A DNA stretch of 64,000 bases from a virus (Duplodnaviria; Caudoviricetes): IMG/VR virus record IMGVR_UViG_3300011767_000002, positions 15,941 through 79,940 of that record; one strand, written 5' to 3'. Each line of letters starts with the position of its first letter. Within the stretch, counting starts at the first letter, position 1. Positions 38,681 to 47,879 of this stretch are shown in pieces. The position numbers and the translations under genes were made by a program. The notes below the pieces were generated by a model. The model did not search any database, was not told the origin of the DNA, and saw only the letters and a program-made list of their open reading frames with translations.

Positions 38681-39029
38681 GTGTAAAATCGCCCTTACTT
38701 CTTTAATTGCTGGAACCCCCTAAAGCTGTCTCACCACTGCGCGGCGAAAGCCAAAGCCACGGTTTGAAAACGAGACAGATACTGCAATGGGCAATCAGCA
38801 GCGAAGACCCTACCGACTGTCGGGAGACAGGCCAGGGGTAACGTTCATCGACTATCCCGCAAGGGAGTACTCAGGCAGCGCCTGGGGAAACAGGAAGCAC
38901 AGGTTTGACTCCAAGGCCTGTGAAGATATAGTCAGCTCCTTAGGGAAAGCCTAAGGCGGGTGTCTGCGCACACCGGGTTTCGAATAGGACGTCAGACGTG
39001 ACAAACAGCGTTCGAAACTGGACAACAGG
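38681..39029 (+). mobile_element. Group I intron (IA2-like, self-splicing, no internal endonuclease ORF), 349 nt
   Basis: P AATTGCTGGAA 38705-15, Q AATCAGCAG 38793-801, R GTTCATCGACTA 38843-54 and S AAGATATAGTC 38923-33. P7 is GACTA/TAGTC, with P7.1/P7.2 hairpins, P8, and P9 with a GAAA loop. The 5' exon ends in U paired to the IGS GCCC (38691-94), and the intron ends in G. Splicing restores R-V-N-F in frame. Confidence 0.93.
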
Positions 39030-40149
39030 GAACTTCATTGGGATTCAGCAGTCCCACGTGATTTCGGCAGAAGGCTACCGGGAATCGCCAATCTCCACCG
39101 GGTACGATCACATCCTGGCCCACCGGGTCGATGAGATCTTTGCGGTCCCAGCCGAACAGGCCGGAGAGGTGGTGGAACGGTCCGATGAACACATGGTGGT
39201 GGCCTACGAAGACGGGACCTTTGCGCACATTGACTTGGCGACCCAGTACGGGGTCTCGGCAGGTTCGGTGTACCCGCAAAAGCAAGCCAGTACCTTCCAG
39301 CTGGGCGACAAAGTGCAAAAGGGCGACATCCTCAAGTACAACTCGGGCTTCTTCAAGCCTAGTAAATTCCATCGCCATCAAGTGCAATGGATGGCTGGAG
39401 TGATTGCGCGGACCGCACTGATGGAAGCGTCCTACACCCTGGAAGACTCCTCGGCTATGGACGATTGGCTGGCCCAGCAACTGGGGTCACAGGTAACCAA
39501 AATCAAGACCATCGTGGTACGGTTTGACCAGACAGTCAGGAACTTGGTTAAGGAAGGGGACAACACCGACATCACGAGTATCTTATGCACGATTGAAGAT
39601 GCTGTAACAGCGGATTCGGGACTCTTCTCTGATGACGACCTTGAGACCCTTCGGATGATGTCGTCCGCGACCCCTACTGCAGGGGCTGTAGGCGAGGTGT
39701 CGAAGATTGAGGTTTTCTACCACGGTGACACGGACGACATGTCCGATTCGCTGTTGGAGTTGGTCACTGCCCAAGACAAACGTCGCCGTAAGGTGGCCAA
39801 GCGTCTAGGCAAACCAGTGGTCACAGGTCAAGTGGATCAGTCCTTGCGCATTGACGGGAATGGTCTGGAACTCGATCACGTCGCCATTAAAGTCTACATC
39901 ACTCACCGTGAAGGCATGGGCGTGGGCGATAAGGCAGTGTTCTGTAACCAAATGAAAACGGTCGTGGGTCACCGCTTGAGCGGGATCAATGAAACGTTCA
40001 GTGGGCGACAGATCAATGCCATCTTCGGCGCGAAATCGGTCATGGACCGGATTGTATTGTCCGCCCTATTGATCGGGATGTCGATTTCGGTGCAGACCGC
40101 GATCGGTGAGAAAGCTGCAGCGATGTGGCTGGGTAATGACACCAAGTAG
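39030..40149 (+). CDS. rpoB: Virion RNA polymerase beta subunit N-terminal fragment, exon 2
   Basis: NFIGIQQSH (homologous to MGANMQRQ), EDSSA and GVGDKAVFCNQMKTV motifs. The spliced product is 1464 aa. Confidence 0.9.
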
Positions 40150-40154
40150 TTGAC

Positions 40155-40188
40155 ATCCGGGGGCTGAGAGGCTCCCGGATCTCCTTTT
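40155..40188 (+). terminator. Intrinsic terminator
   Basis: ATCCGGGGGC/GCTCCCGGAT stem followed by CTCCTTTT. Confidence 0.55.
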
Positions 40189-40221
40189 ACAGCGCCTCGA
40201 ATTATTTACAGGAACTTGCTC

Positions 40222-40416
40222 ATGAGCAACGCTACTACTTTCAACAACCTTGCGGTGCTTGCAAACGCCGTAGACCTGGCGGTGGAGATCATCTCCAACG
40301 TATCAGGCAGTCTCGTCTCCAACCATCTGGATGGCGTGGCACTGAATGACCGGACCATTGCAGCCATTGCCGCGGCCGATATCAACAACGTCATCGAGGG
40401 TCGTGAACATGCTTAA
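40222..40416 (+). CDS. Small hypothetical (probably virion) protein
   Basis: 64 aa from ATG 40222 with an AGGA RBS; overlaps the start of the next gene. Confidence 0.55.
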   Translation: MSNATTFNNLAVLANAVDLAVEIISNVSGSLVSNHLDGVALNDRTIAAIAAADINNVIEGREHA

Positions 40417-41761
40417 CCGTACCTCGATTGAAGCCGCCCTGCCGATTGCCCAGCGGCTGGAAGAACGTGGCCTTCAGGTCCTTCCCAGTGACAACTCTCC
40501 GCTGATGAGCCTGACGGTCTCGGTGGACAACACCTTGATCGACCATGCGTTTGGTGAGAACGCCGACGTGGTCAGTGTGCTGCAAAACCGGGCTGGCGGC
40601 GATGCTCACCGTTTGGCGAAAGCAGACATCATCAACCTGGCCTCACGTTCAGTGTGCCGCGTCCATGAAGTGACGCGTGACACCGTTCTGCCCCATATCA
40701 AAGAACTGGCGGCAGCGGCCCAAGAGTACGTCAATCAGCGCCGGGTCGAAGCGTCGCTTCCGTACTCCGTGGTGATGAAGGAAATCCCGGCGATCTACAC
40801 CAACGCGGCACTCAAGCAGTTGGCAGACCGGTATCCGGTGCCGTCCCAACTCGACTACGCCGTCAGGCAACTGGCCAACGTCACGTTGGAGCGGGTCAAG
40901 GAACTGTGCAAGACCGGGATGACCGGAGTAGACGCTGAGCTGAACCTGACCCTGAGCCTGAACAACGATGAAGGCTATGCCGCCATCATGAAGGTGTTGG
41001 CCGGGTCGGTGGGGGTGAACCAAATCCACGTCGATTACTTGCCAGGGCTGTTGGTTACTGCGCAGGCGATTTACGGTGAGCCTGAGCCAGGCGTCAACCT
41101 GACACTGGTCGAATACAACGACCAGTTGAACCGCCTGCTGGGTAAGACGGCGGCACTGGTGCGGGGTCAGATCCTGCGCTACGCTGAGATGGAAAAGCTG
41201 GGTACCCTCTATTCCATTGATGGCCGTGATTCGCTGACCACCATCGTGGTCATGGGCAAGGTGTACCGGCGGCTGCTGGAACAAGGCCTGACGCCTGAAG
41301 CCTTGATTGGTAACGAAATGACCAGTCGGCGTTTCAGTCACGGTCAGTTGATTGAGAACAAGGCGGCGCTGGAACAGGTCTACAACCGCGAAATGAACCT
41401 GCGCAGCATCAAGGTCCAAGCGGAGATGATGGGCATTGTGCGCACGGCGTTGCGCAACGTGGTGGGGCAGTCCATCATTGCCAAAGACCTGGGCGAAGCT
41501 GCAGCCGATGCCAGTCGCAAGTTGGCTGAGCTGTGCGCCAAGGTCAATGAACGGAACTGTGAAGACCTCAATACACTGGTCACCGAGATCGTCTGTGAAG
41601 TGTTCTATCCGAAGACCGATGCCCTGACCTTCATTCGACTGATGAACCGGGTTGGCGCAACGGTGTCGGATGACACCGATCCTCGTGAAGTGGCGCTGCT
41701 GGCCACCATCAAGTACGTCAACCATTGGCTGTGCCGTCAGATGGGTCTGGTACAGGCCTAA
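40409..41761 (+). CDS. Virion/head protein (phiKZ gp177-like by position)
   Basis: 450-aa helical ORF between vRNAP betaN and beta'C, in the conserved phiKZ/SPN3US order. Confidence 0.55.
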   Translation: MLNRTSIEAALPIAQRLEERGLQVLPSDNSPLMSLTVSVDNTLIDHAFGENADVVSVLQNRAGGDAHRLAKADIINLASRSVCRVHEVTRDTVLPHIKELAAAAQEYVNQRRVEASLPYSVVMKEIPAIYTNAALKQLADRYPVPSQLDYAVRQLANVTLERVKELCKTGMTGVDAELNLTLSLNNDEGYAAIMKVLAGSVGVNQIHVDYLPGLLVTAQAIYGEPEPGVNLTLVEYNDQLNRLLGKTAALVRGQILRYAEMEKLGTLYSIDGRDSLTTIVVMGKVYRRLLEQGLTPEALIGNEMTSRRFSHGQLIENKAALEQVYNREMNLRSIKVQAEMMGIVRTALRNVVGQSIIAKDLGEAAADASRKLAELCAKVNERNCEDLNTLVTEIVCEVFYPKTDALTFIRLMNRVGATVSDDTDPREVALLATIKYVNHWLCRQMGLVQA

Positions 41762-41769
41762 TCGTCTTT

Positions 41770-41796
41770 AGCCGGAGGGGTGTCCCTCCGGCTTTC
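41770..41796 (+). terminator. Intrinsic terminator-like hairpin
   Basis: AGCCGGAGGG-GTGT-CCCTCCGGCT followed by TTC. Confidence 0.5.
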
Positions 41797-41810
41797 ATCA
41801 GGATGTTGCA

Positions 41811-42542
41811 ATGAGCATCAAATCGAGCAAGTTTATCCGTGACGCCGCTCGCGTTCACAAAGCCCTTGAGAAAACCAGCGAAGGTTCGTTTGTGGCGTTG
41901 AAGCCCGTTAAGGTCTACATTCCCTCTCGGTTTCCTCAACGCGACTTGGCTACCTTTGAAGACGAGATCACCTTTGTAGGGATCTGCGCTATTGTTCTGG
42001 ACGATCAGTATTACATGGCGTCCAAGATATGTGCACCGATTCGAAGCGAACCTACCCTGGTCAACAGTGCTGTGATCGACGAGGTCGAGTACATCGAAAT
42101 GCATTACGAGCCCGGTGATCGGGTCATCTGTAGTGACGACCTTGTGATGATCGACAACCTGCTGTATCGGATCTACGACGAAATCATTGCTAAAGGCCGG
42201 GTACCTTGGTACCTATCTTACACCGAACTGGGCGGGATCTTTCAGACCTCCCTTAAACACGCCGGCGTGCGGGTGGGTAAAGCCCCGACGGTCATGGAAA
42301 TCATTGCGGCAGCCATCTGCCGTGACAGCGATGACCTGCGCCGGTATTATCGGCAAGTAGTCGAAACCTACGAAGACATCACTCAGTCACCCCCGACGTA
42401 TATTCCGTTACGGAACGTCAGTTACGGGGCCACCAATACCATCGCCAAAATAACTGGCTCACGCTTTGACGAAGGGATGACCAGCGCCATTGTCAACCCC
42501 GGTGAACGCGTTGAGCGGACTGAGAAGATTCTTCGCACGTAA
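41811..42542 (+). CDS. Virion RNA polymerase beta' C-terminal fragment (phiKZ gp176 / SPN3US gp244-like)
   Basis: MEIIAAAICRD...YIPLRNVSYGATNTIAKITGSRFDEGMTSAIVNP aligns with bacterial beta' HIEVIVRQM...[32 protein letters not shown]; located immediately before the protease. Confidence 0.7.
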   Translation: MSIKSSKFIRDAARVHKALEKTSEGSFVALKPVKVYIPSRFPQRDLATFEDEITFVGICAIVLDDQYYMASKICAPIRSEPTLVNSAVIDEVEYIEMHYEPGDRVICSDDLVMIDNLLYRIYDEIIAKGRVPWYLSYTELGGIFQTSLKHAGVRVGKAPTVMEIIAAAICRDSDDLRRYYRQVVETYEDITQSPPTYIPLRNVSYGATNTIAKITGSRFDEGMTSAIVNPGERVERTEKILRT

Positions 42543-42552
42543 AGGTGTAGTT

Positions 42553-43335
42553 ATGGAACGTATTGTTTATCAATGTAACGTGTTGCAAGGCATCAATAAG
42601 GTAGGGGACCTTAAGAAGCTGGACAACGGTTACTTCGAAGTACGGTTGGGGGCCCTGGGTGCCTTCAATTCCCAAGGGTGGCTGTACAGCGAACCCGAGG
42701 GACGTCGCTTGATCGAAGGGTCGGGCGGATTGATGCGTATGATGGACACCGCTCGCCTGCGCGGTGAGTGTGGTCATCCGCGGTTCCGTGCTGGCATGAG
42801 TCAGCTGGAATGGTTCGGTCGGGTCAACGACATCTATGAACCGAACGTCTGTGTGCACATCCGCCGTATCCGTCTGGAACCCGGCGTGGATGAGAAAGGC
42901 CGCGCCGTGACCATGGTGGTCGGTGAAGTCAAGTCGTCGGGCAAAGAAAGCGTGTGGCTGGACAAGCAGTTGGAGAACCCTCACGAGGACGTCTGTTTCT
43001 CCATCCGGTCGTTCACCGAGGACAAGGTCGTCGGGGGCGTGAAGACCAAGTTCCTGAAGAAGATTGTGACCTGGGACAACGTCAACGAACCCGGCATTGC
43101 CAAGTCCTCCAAATACGGCACAGCGTCGCTGGAGTCGTTAGGTGGGAGTGACCTGCCGCAGGCTGAACTGGAAACCGCATTCTTCATGGACGCTCTGCGT
43201 CGTGAAGCGAAAACCCTGCCAGCCGTGGGCGTAGGTGCAGGCGTTGGGTTCGAAAGCAATGCCAACCTCATGTCGTTGATTGCTGAAATCGAACGGCCCA
43301 TTAAGTCGTTTGTTCCCAGTGCTTGGAGGTGGTAA
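42553..43335 (+). CDS. Prohead protease (phiKZ gp175-like)
   Basis: LRGECGHP (catalytic His), FSIRS (catalytic Ser) and IVTWDNVNEPG, with C-terminal autocleavage-type ASLE and GFE motifs. Confidence 0.9.
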   Translation: MERIVYQCNVLQGINKVGDLKKLDNGYFEVRLGALGAFNSQGWLYSEPEGRRLIEGSGGLMRMMDTARLRGECGHPRFRAGMSQLEWFGRVNDIYEPNVCVHIRRIRLEPGVDEKGRAVTMVVGEVKSSGKESVWLDKQLENPHEDVCFSIRSFTEDKVVGGVKTKFLKKIVTWDNVNEPGIAKSSKYGTASLESLGGSDLPQAELETAFFMDALRREAKTLPAVGVGAGVGFESNANLMSLIAEIERPIKSFVPSAWRW

Positions 43336-44646
43336 ATGCAGACCCCCATCGACGCCTTGTTGGTGGATGCTGCTGAACGGATGGAGTCAGACACCACGCT
43401 GGCTCCAGCGCTCACGGTCATCTCTGAATTGGCCGATGTTGATGACAGCCGTCTGACCTTGGAAAGTTGTGTAGAACAGCTGGCCATGGCAGACGGGTCT
43501 GTGGTCGATATTCTGATTGCTGAACAGACCTACCGTGACTGGCGTGCAGATCACCCTCAGCTGGCCCTTGGGCAAGCACAGACGGGACCGGCACTGGAGC
43601 GCGAACTTCGTGCGGCCATGGAAATGCTGAATCAGCCCTCCATGGAATCGGACATGCTTCAGGCACTCAAGCGCACGTTCGGTAACATGCTCACCCAAGC
43701 CAGGACCTTCGGCAAAGACTTGGTTGACCTGCGCAGTTCCATCAGTCAGCACAAGGAGGCGATCAGTAACCGTCCGGTGTTGATCGACAGTGTGAACGCC
43801 TACCACTTCCTGACACGGGCAAACAAGCCGGTCAAGAACCTGGGCACCTGCATTGACGAAGACCTGAAGTTTGTAGCGGCGTGCGACACGCACTACAAGC
43901 ACTTGTTTGAGACGTCGGGGGATCTGGGCAAGCGATTCCGAGAAGCCTGCAACAGTGACTCGAATGATGCTATTCGAGACGCCATTGATCATTTCGATGG
44001 CAACCTGGTGGACCGCAGCACCTTTACCAACCTGACCAAGTTTAACCTGCTGGGTAACCGGACGGTTTATTTGGACAAGCGCGGGTTCCCGCAGTTCAAG
44101 AAAGCCCCGACGGTGTGGAAGTTCAGCACCAAAGACAAAGACGAGAAGAACCTCGCCACGCAATTGGCGAAGAAGCAGATCCATGGCTTCTCCATTGGCG
44201 GGTCTGTCAAGTCAGTCAAAGGGGTGGTGGGCATGAACGTGGTGGTGGCCAAAAAACAGGTCGTCGCTCAGGTTCAAGCCACTGGTGGGGAGACGGATGT
44301 TGCCGCCTTCCTCAAGACCCTGGATAAAGCCATTGTACTCAATAACCAGGTGACCAAGTTTGCACAGATGGCTACCTCCATGGGTGAGAAGGTCAACCGC
44401 CTGTCTTCGGACATGGACGATGCCTACAACAAGGTCAGCTCAGATCGCAGTGAGGCGGACAACGTGGTCCGGCTGCGTGAACTGAGAGCCCTGCACCGCT
44501 CTGCTCGCCGCAGTGTGTCGCAGTACATGTTCCTAGGTAAGGCCATTGCCACGATGATGGAAGACCATGCCGCGTACGTGTACCGCAACATCACCCTGAT
44601 TGCTAATGACGTGTTGAAGAAAACCGTTAAGGACACTGAGAAATGA
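43336..44646 (+). CDS. Protease-processed head (inner body) protein
   Basis: Acidic N-terminal propeptide-like region with a PSME motif; coupled to the protease gene. Confidence 0.6.
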   Translation: MQTPIDALLVDAAERMESDTTLAPALTVISELADVDDSRLTLESCVEQLAMADGSVVDILIAEQTYRDWRADHPQLALGQAQTGPALERELRAAMEMLNQPSMESDMLQALKRTFGNMLTQARTFGKDLVDLRSSISQHKEAISNRPVLIDSVNAYHFLTRANKPVKNLGTCIDEDLKFVAACDTHYKHLFETSGDLGKRFREACNSDSNDAIRDAIDHFDGNLVDRSTFTNLTKFNLLGNRTVYLDKRGFPQFKKAPTVWKFSTKDKDEKNLATQLAKKQIHGFSIGGSVKSVKGVVGMNVVVAKKQVVAQVQATGGETDVAAFLKTLDKAIVLNNQVTKFAQMATSMGEKVNRLSSDMDDAYNKVSSDRSEADNVVRLRELRALHRSARRSVSQYMFLGKAIATMMEDHAAYVYRNITLIANDVLKKTVKDTEK

Positions 44647-46043
44647 GTAACCTACATCTTAGGGCTGCGTTTGAATCTGCAGCGCCTATTGCTGATAAAC
44701 TCGACCAAGAAGCGTACTTGGGATTGGTTGACGACCTTCGTGACGGGTCTATTGAGAACACCCCGGATGACGTGGTGGTCGAAGAAGCCCAACTCGCTCA
44801 GGACATCGTCGTGGTAGACGATCTGGTTGAGCGGGTTAAAGGCCTTGATGATACCGGCACCGTGACCATGGAAGCGCTAGGCATTGCGCTGGAAGCGATC
44901 ACCGGCAAGTACGGTATCAAGGGCACCAGGGCGTCGATGGAGAGCCTTTCGGGCGAAGACTGCAAGATGGCCTTCATTGAGGGTGCAAATAACTTCAAGG
45001 CGTCTCTGGAGGCCGCTCTGTCGGTATCTCAAGAGTCTTGGGCGGTAAAGGATCTGTGGGACGCTGCTGGCGCGATTGAACGTAATTCCACCGAATTGGA
45101 ATCGGCAGTCAAGCAACTGGAGGACAAAAAACAATGGTTCTCCGAACACGGGACCAAAATCAACTCGCTGGGACAACTGGTCTACCTGACGGTTAACGAG
45201 CAGATGACCAAGAACGTCGCCAAAGACACCGAGACCACCCTCAAGCATGCCGAGACAATACTCGATGTCGCAGAACAAGCAGCTGACACTGCCAGTAAGA
45301 TCCGTGACCTGGTACGCGCCACGGGTGTCGCTGATGACGAAGACGCCTTATCACTGCTGAAGAAAGTGGTGGCACTTAAGAACCCATCGATGGCTGCCAA
45401 GCAGAAACTAGACGGTGTCTTCCTTCTAGGTAACCGCCATGCAACATTCACAATCACCGCAGTCAAGAACAAGCAGGGCTTGGCGATCGGCGATTGGGAA
45501 AAGGTCGGGATGTACACGGAGACTACGTTGGGCCGCAGTAATCACGGTATCCGGGCTTCCAAACTGGTTCGTATTCCGGCATGGCTGCTGGCGCAAGGCT
45601 TGGCGTCTAAAGTCGCTTTTGCTGTCACGGGGGCTGCTTCGGTTTCATTCGCAATCAGTGTTGGCGTGGCCTTCACTGCCACAGGTGCCTTGAATGACCG
45701 CAAGGCGGGTAAGTCGATTCACCATAACATCAAATTCGAGGAGATCCATGCCTCGCTTAAGAAAGCGGCTCAGCAGGCCCGGCGCTCCGCCAGCACTCGT
45801 CGCAGTATGCCAGGGCGGTTCGAACGCATGTTCACGCTCCGGGATGAAGTCAACTCCCTGATCGCTGAGAAGTCCAGTGGGTTGTCAGCTGAAGGGCAGG
45901 CGGCGATGAAAACCATCAAGACTATTTACTCCAGTGCTGAAAAGCTTAGTTGGGCCCTGAACATGTGGGGCTTCCGCCTTACCCGTGAGGTGGTTACTAA
46001 CAGCAATGCCATTGCACGTAAGTTGGTCGCCGCTAGTCGGTAA
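44643..46043 (+). CDS. Protease-processed head (inner body) protein
   Basis: Several S/A/G-X-E sites in the first 130 aa (AAFE, ALE, ASME, ASLE, VSQE). Confidence 0.62.
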   Translation: MSNLHLRAAFESAAPIADKLDQEAYLGLVDDLRDGSIENTPDDVVVEEAQLAQDIVVVDDLVERVKGLDDTGTVTMEALGIALEAITGKYGIKGTRASMESLSGEDCKMAFIEGANNFKASLEAALSVSQESWAVKDLWDAAGAIERNSTELESAVKQLEDKKQWFSEHGTKINSLGQLVYLTVNEQMTKNVAKDTETTLKHAETILDVAEQAADTASKIRDLVRATGVADDEDALSLLKKVVALKNPSMAAKQKLDGVFLLGNRHATFTITAVKNKQGLAIGDWEKVGMYTETTLGRSNHGIRASKLVRIPAWLLAQGLASKVAFAVTGAASVSFAISVGVAFTATGALNDRKAGKSIHHNIKFEEIHASLKKAAQQARRSASTRRSMPGRFERMFTLRDEVNSLIAEKSSGLSAEGQAAMKTIKTIYSSAEKLSWALNMWGFRLTREVVTNSNAIARKLVAASR

Positions 46044-46050
46044 TAGCATA

Positions 46051-46092
46051 CATAAACCCCCGTCCCGGTTCTGGCCAGGGCGGGGGTTTATG
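46051..46092 (+). terminator. CATA-hairpin-TATG element ending the head operon
   Basis: CATAAACCCCCGTCCCGGTTCTGGCCAGGGCGGGGGTTTATG. Confidence 0.6.
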
Positions 46093-46106
46093 TTGATTCG
46101 AACTTT

Positions 46107-46133
46107 TTTCAACAATACATAGTACAAGTGAAT
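46107..46133 (+). promoter_or_regulatory. Putative phage promoter TACAT-N8-TGAAT (copy 1)
   Basis: TTTCAACAA-TACAT-AGTACAAG-TGAAT; the same motif occurs at 47293 and 50330, each after a terminator and before a new gene. Confidence 0.6.
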
Positions 46134-46179
46134 AGGAAGAACGATCTTCCCACTATCCCCGTTCTTAGGAGAACATCAG

Positions 46180-46569
46180 ATGTCCCAAGTTACTCGCGAA
46201 ACCCTGAAAGCCAAACTCGCCGACGTGTTCTCTGGAAAGGAAGCCGGAGGCGAATACGTGGTCTTCAGTAAAGAAGCACTGACCCAGATGAATGCCATCG
46301 CCGAGCGCCTCAAAGAAGAGAGCCGTTTCGATGAACGCCTCCTTGCCCAAGAAGACCTGGATGTCGCTGATCAGATCATCAGTTACTTCACCCCCAAGGC
46401 TATCGCCGGACGGGTAGAGAACGGTATCTTACTACCGTGCAAGGATGAGGAATTCATGCAAGCCATTGACGCCATCAAAACCGAAGGTGCTCTGATGGAA
46501 TACTTCGTGGTGCTGCCAGTCGTGCTGGTGGCTGAAGTGGCCAACGAAACACGTGCATTCTACCGTTAA
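46180..46569 (+). CDS. Hypothetical protein (accessory/early)
   Basis: TTAGGAGA RBS; 129 aa, acidic. Confidence 0.75.
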   Translation: MSQVTRETLKAKLADVFSGKEAGGEYVVFSKEALTQMNAIAERLKEESRFDERLLAQEDLDVADQIISYFTPKAIAGRVENGILLPCKDEEFMQAIDAIKTEGALMEYFVVLPVVLVAEVANETRAFYR

Positions 46570-46604
46570 GCAATACCCATACCCTCAGTCTTAAGGAGAC
46601 TACC

Positions 46605-46739
46605 ATGGATAAGCTATTTGCAGTTGGTGTTGGCATCGGCCTTGGCTGGTGGCTGAAAGCTCGCAGTGACGAGCGCAAGAACCTGCGTCGTGAAAACGAA
46701 GCACTAAAAACACGCCTCAACGAGAAAGAGGACAAGTAA
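46605..46739 (+). CDS. 44-aa membrane peptide
   Basis: Below the ORF-track cutoff. TAAGGAGA RBS; MDKLFAVGVGIGLGWWLKARSDERKNLRRENEALKTRLNEKEDK. Confidence 0.7.
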   Translation: MDKLFAVGVGIGLGWWLKARSDERKNLRRENEALKTRLNEKEDK

Positions 46740-46741
46740 TC

Positions 46742-46879
46742 ATGGAATACAACGCCCTGTCCGACTGCCTCGTCATGGCAGTCCTGTTTGCAGTAACGTT
46801 GGCTGGCTGCTACTTCGGATGCAAAGCTGACGCTCGCAAGAAAGCCGCCCTGCGCGGCGCCACCCGTATCGCTCACTAA
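46742..46879 (+). CDS. 45-aa membrane peptide
   Basis: Below the ORF-track cutoff. GAGGA RBS, coupled to the previous stop; MEYNALSDCLVMAVLFAVTLAGCYFGCKADARKKAALRGATRIAH. Confidence 0.62.
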   Translation: MEYNALSDCLVMAVLFAVTLAGCYFGCKADARKKAALRGATRIAH

Positions 46880-46906
46880 CCCGCACCATCCCTTAGGAGA
46901 TTCACC

Positions 46907-47215
46907 ATGGCACTTATCGAAATCATCAAGCAAGCTGGCACTGTCGTTGTTGAAGCTGTTCAAGAACACCCTGTCGCGGCCGCTGTAGGGGCTGTCGCAG
47001 GCGTTGGCATCGTGGGTGGCGTCGTCTTCTGGCGTAAGCGTAAGAAGGCCACCAAGGCGCTCATTGACGCTAAGAAAACGATGGACACCATTGAGGCCGT
47101 CGCCAATGGCCAGTTGGTGATCGTGGAGAGCCCGGCCCTCAATGCCGTGCGCGATGCAGTCAATAACCTGAACGAGGTCACTGGTGGAGCTGCATTAAGC
47201 GGCGTCGCCAAGTAA
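46907..47215 (+). CDS. Small membrane protein
   Basis: TTAGGAGA RBS; Gly-rich TM segment AAAVGAVAGVGIVGGVVFW followed by RKRKK. Confidence 0.75.
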   Translation: MALIEIIKQAGTVVVEAVQEHPVAAAVGAVAGVGIVGGVVFWRKRKKATKALIDAKKTMDTIEAVANGQLVIVESPALNAVRDAVNNLNEVTGGAALSGVAK

Positions 47216-47228
47216 CACGTTCACTCTC

Positions 47229-47258
47229 AGAAAGGGCCTTCGGGTCCTTTCTTTTTTT
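47229..47258 (+). terminator. Intrinsic terminator
   Basis: AGAAAGGGCC-TTCG-GGTCCTTTCT followed by a T-tract. Confidence 0.8.
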
Positions 47259-47282
47259 GTTGTCCAGATTCAATTCAATCTA

Positions 47283-47310
47283 TTTGAAGCGCTACATTAT
47301 CAAGTTGAAT
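47283..47310 (+). promoter_or_regulatory. Putative phage promoter TACAT-N8-TGAAT (copy 2)
   Basis: TTTGAAGCGC-TACAT-TATCAAGT-TGAAT. Confidence 0.6.
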
Positions 47311-47400
47311 ATCGGAAGCTGATTGTAAATAAAAACACTCGGCGCCTCTGATGTGCGTTAACCCGCGTCACACAACGAAAATTTAAATGGAGTACAAACG

Positions 47401-47865
47401 ATGTCCGATGCACTGAACAAAGTCAGCGAGCGTATCAAGACCCTAGCTCTGAAAGTGGAAGAAGCCATCACTTTCGACGACGATGGTGCAGCTGTACTGC
47501 CTGAGTCTTTCGTCAAAGACAACCTGGTCGAAGGCGTCACCATCGAATCGATCAAAGCCGGTCAGGACGAAGAAGCCTCTTTCGCATCGGCACTGGCCTT
47601 GGGCCTGGGCACTGCCACCCACGTCCTGATGAAAGAGAAGAACGACCTCGAGCGCACCACTGCGACCCTGGACTTCGGCAACAACACCATCCGCGCTGCG
47701 GTTGATCGCAAGGTCATGGTCCGCGCACCGGGCGCGACCGAAGAGCGTGCCAAGTACGGCAACACCACTGTGCGTCTGGACAGCGGCGCCACTGCCAAGC
47801 GCGGTGATCTCAAGCGCATCCTGAGCCACACCACTGAGATGTACGCTCAGTCGTTTGACAAGTAA
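47401..47865 (+). CDS. Hypothetical protein, monocistronic and probably highly expressed
   Basis: GGAG RBS, strongly biased codon usage, and its own promoter motif and terminator. Confidence 0.8.
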   Translation: MSDALNKVSERIKTLALKVEEAITFDDDGAAVLPESFVKDNLVEGVTIESIKAGQDEEASFASALALGLGTATHVLMKEKNDLERTTATLDFGNNTIRAAVDRKVMVRAPGATEERAKYGNTTVRLDSGATAKRGDLKRILSHTTEMYAQSFDK

Positions 47866-47879
47866 GCGTCCTGTGGTTC

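Noticed and set aside
38682-39030. Treating 35406-38723 and 38998-40149 as two genes or as a frameshifted pseudogene
   Set aside because: The gap carries a complete group I intron core and splicing restores the frame. The tails CKIALTSLIAGTP and MTNSVRNWTTG are intron-derived.
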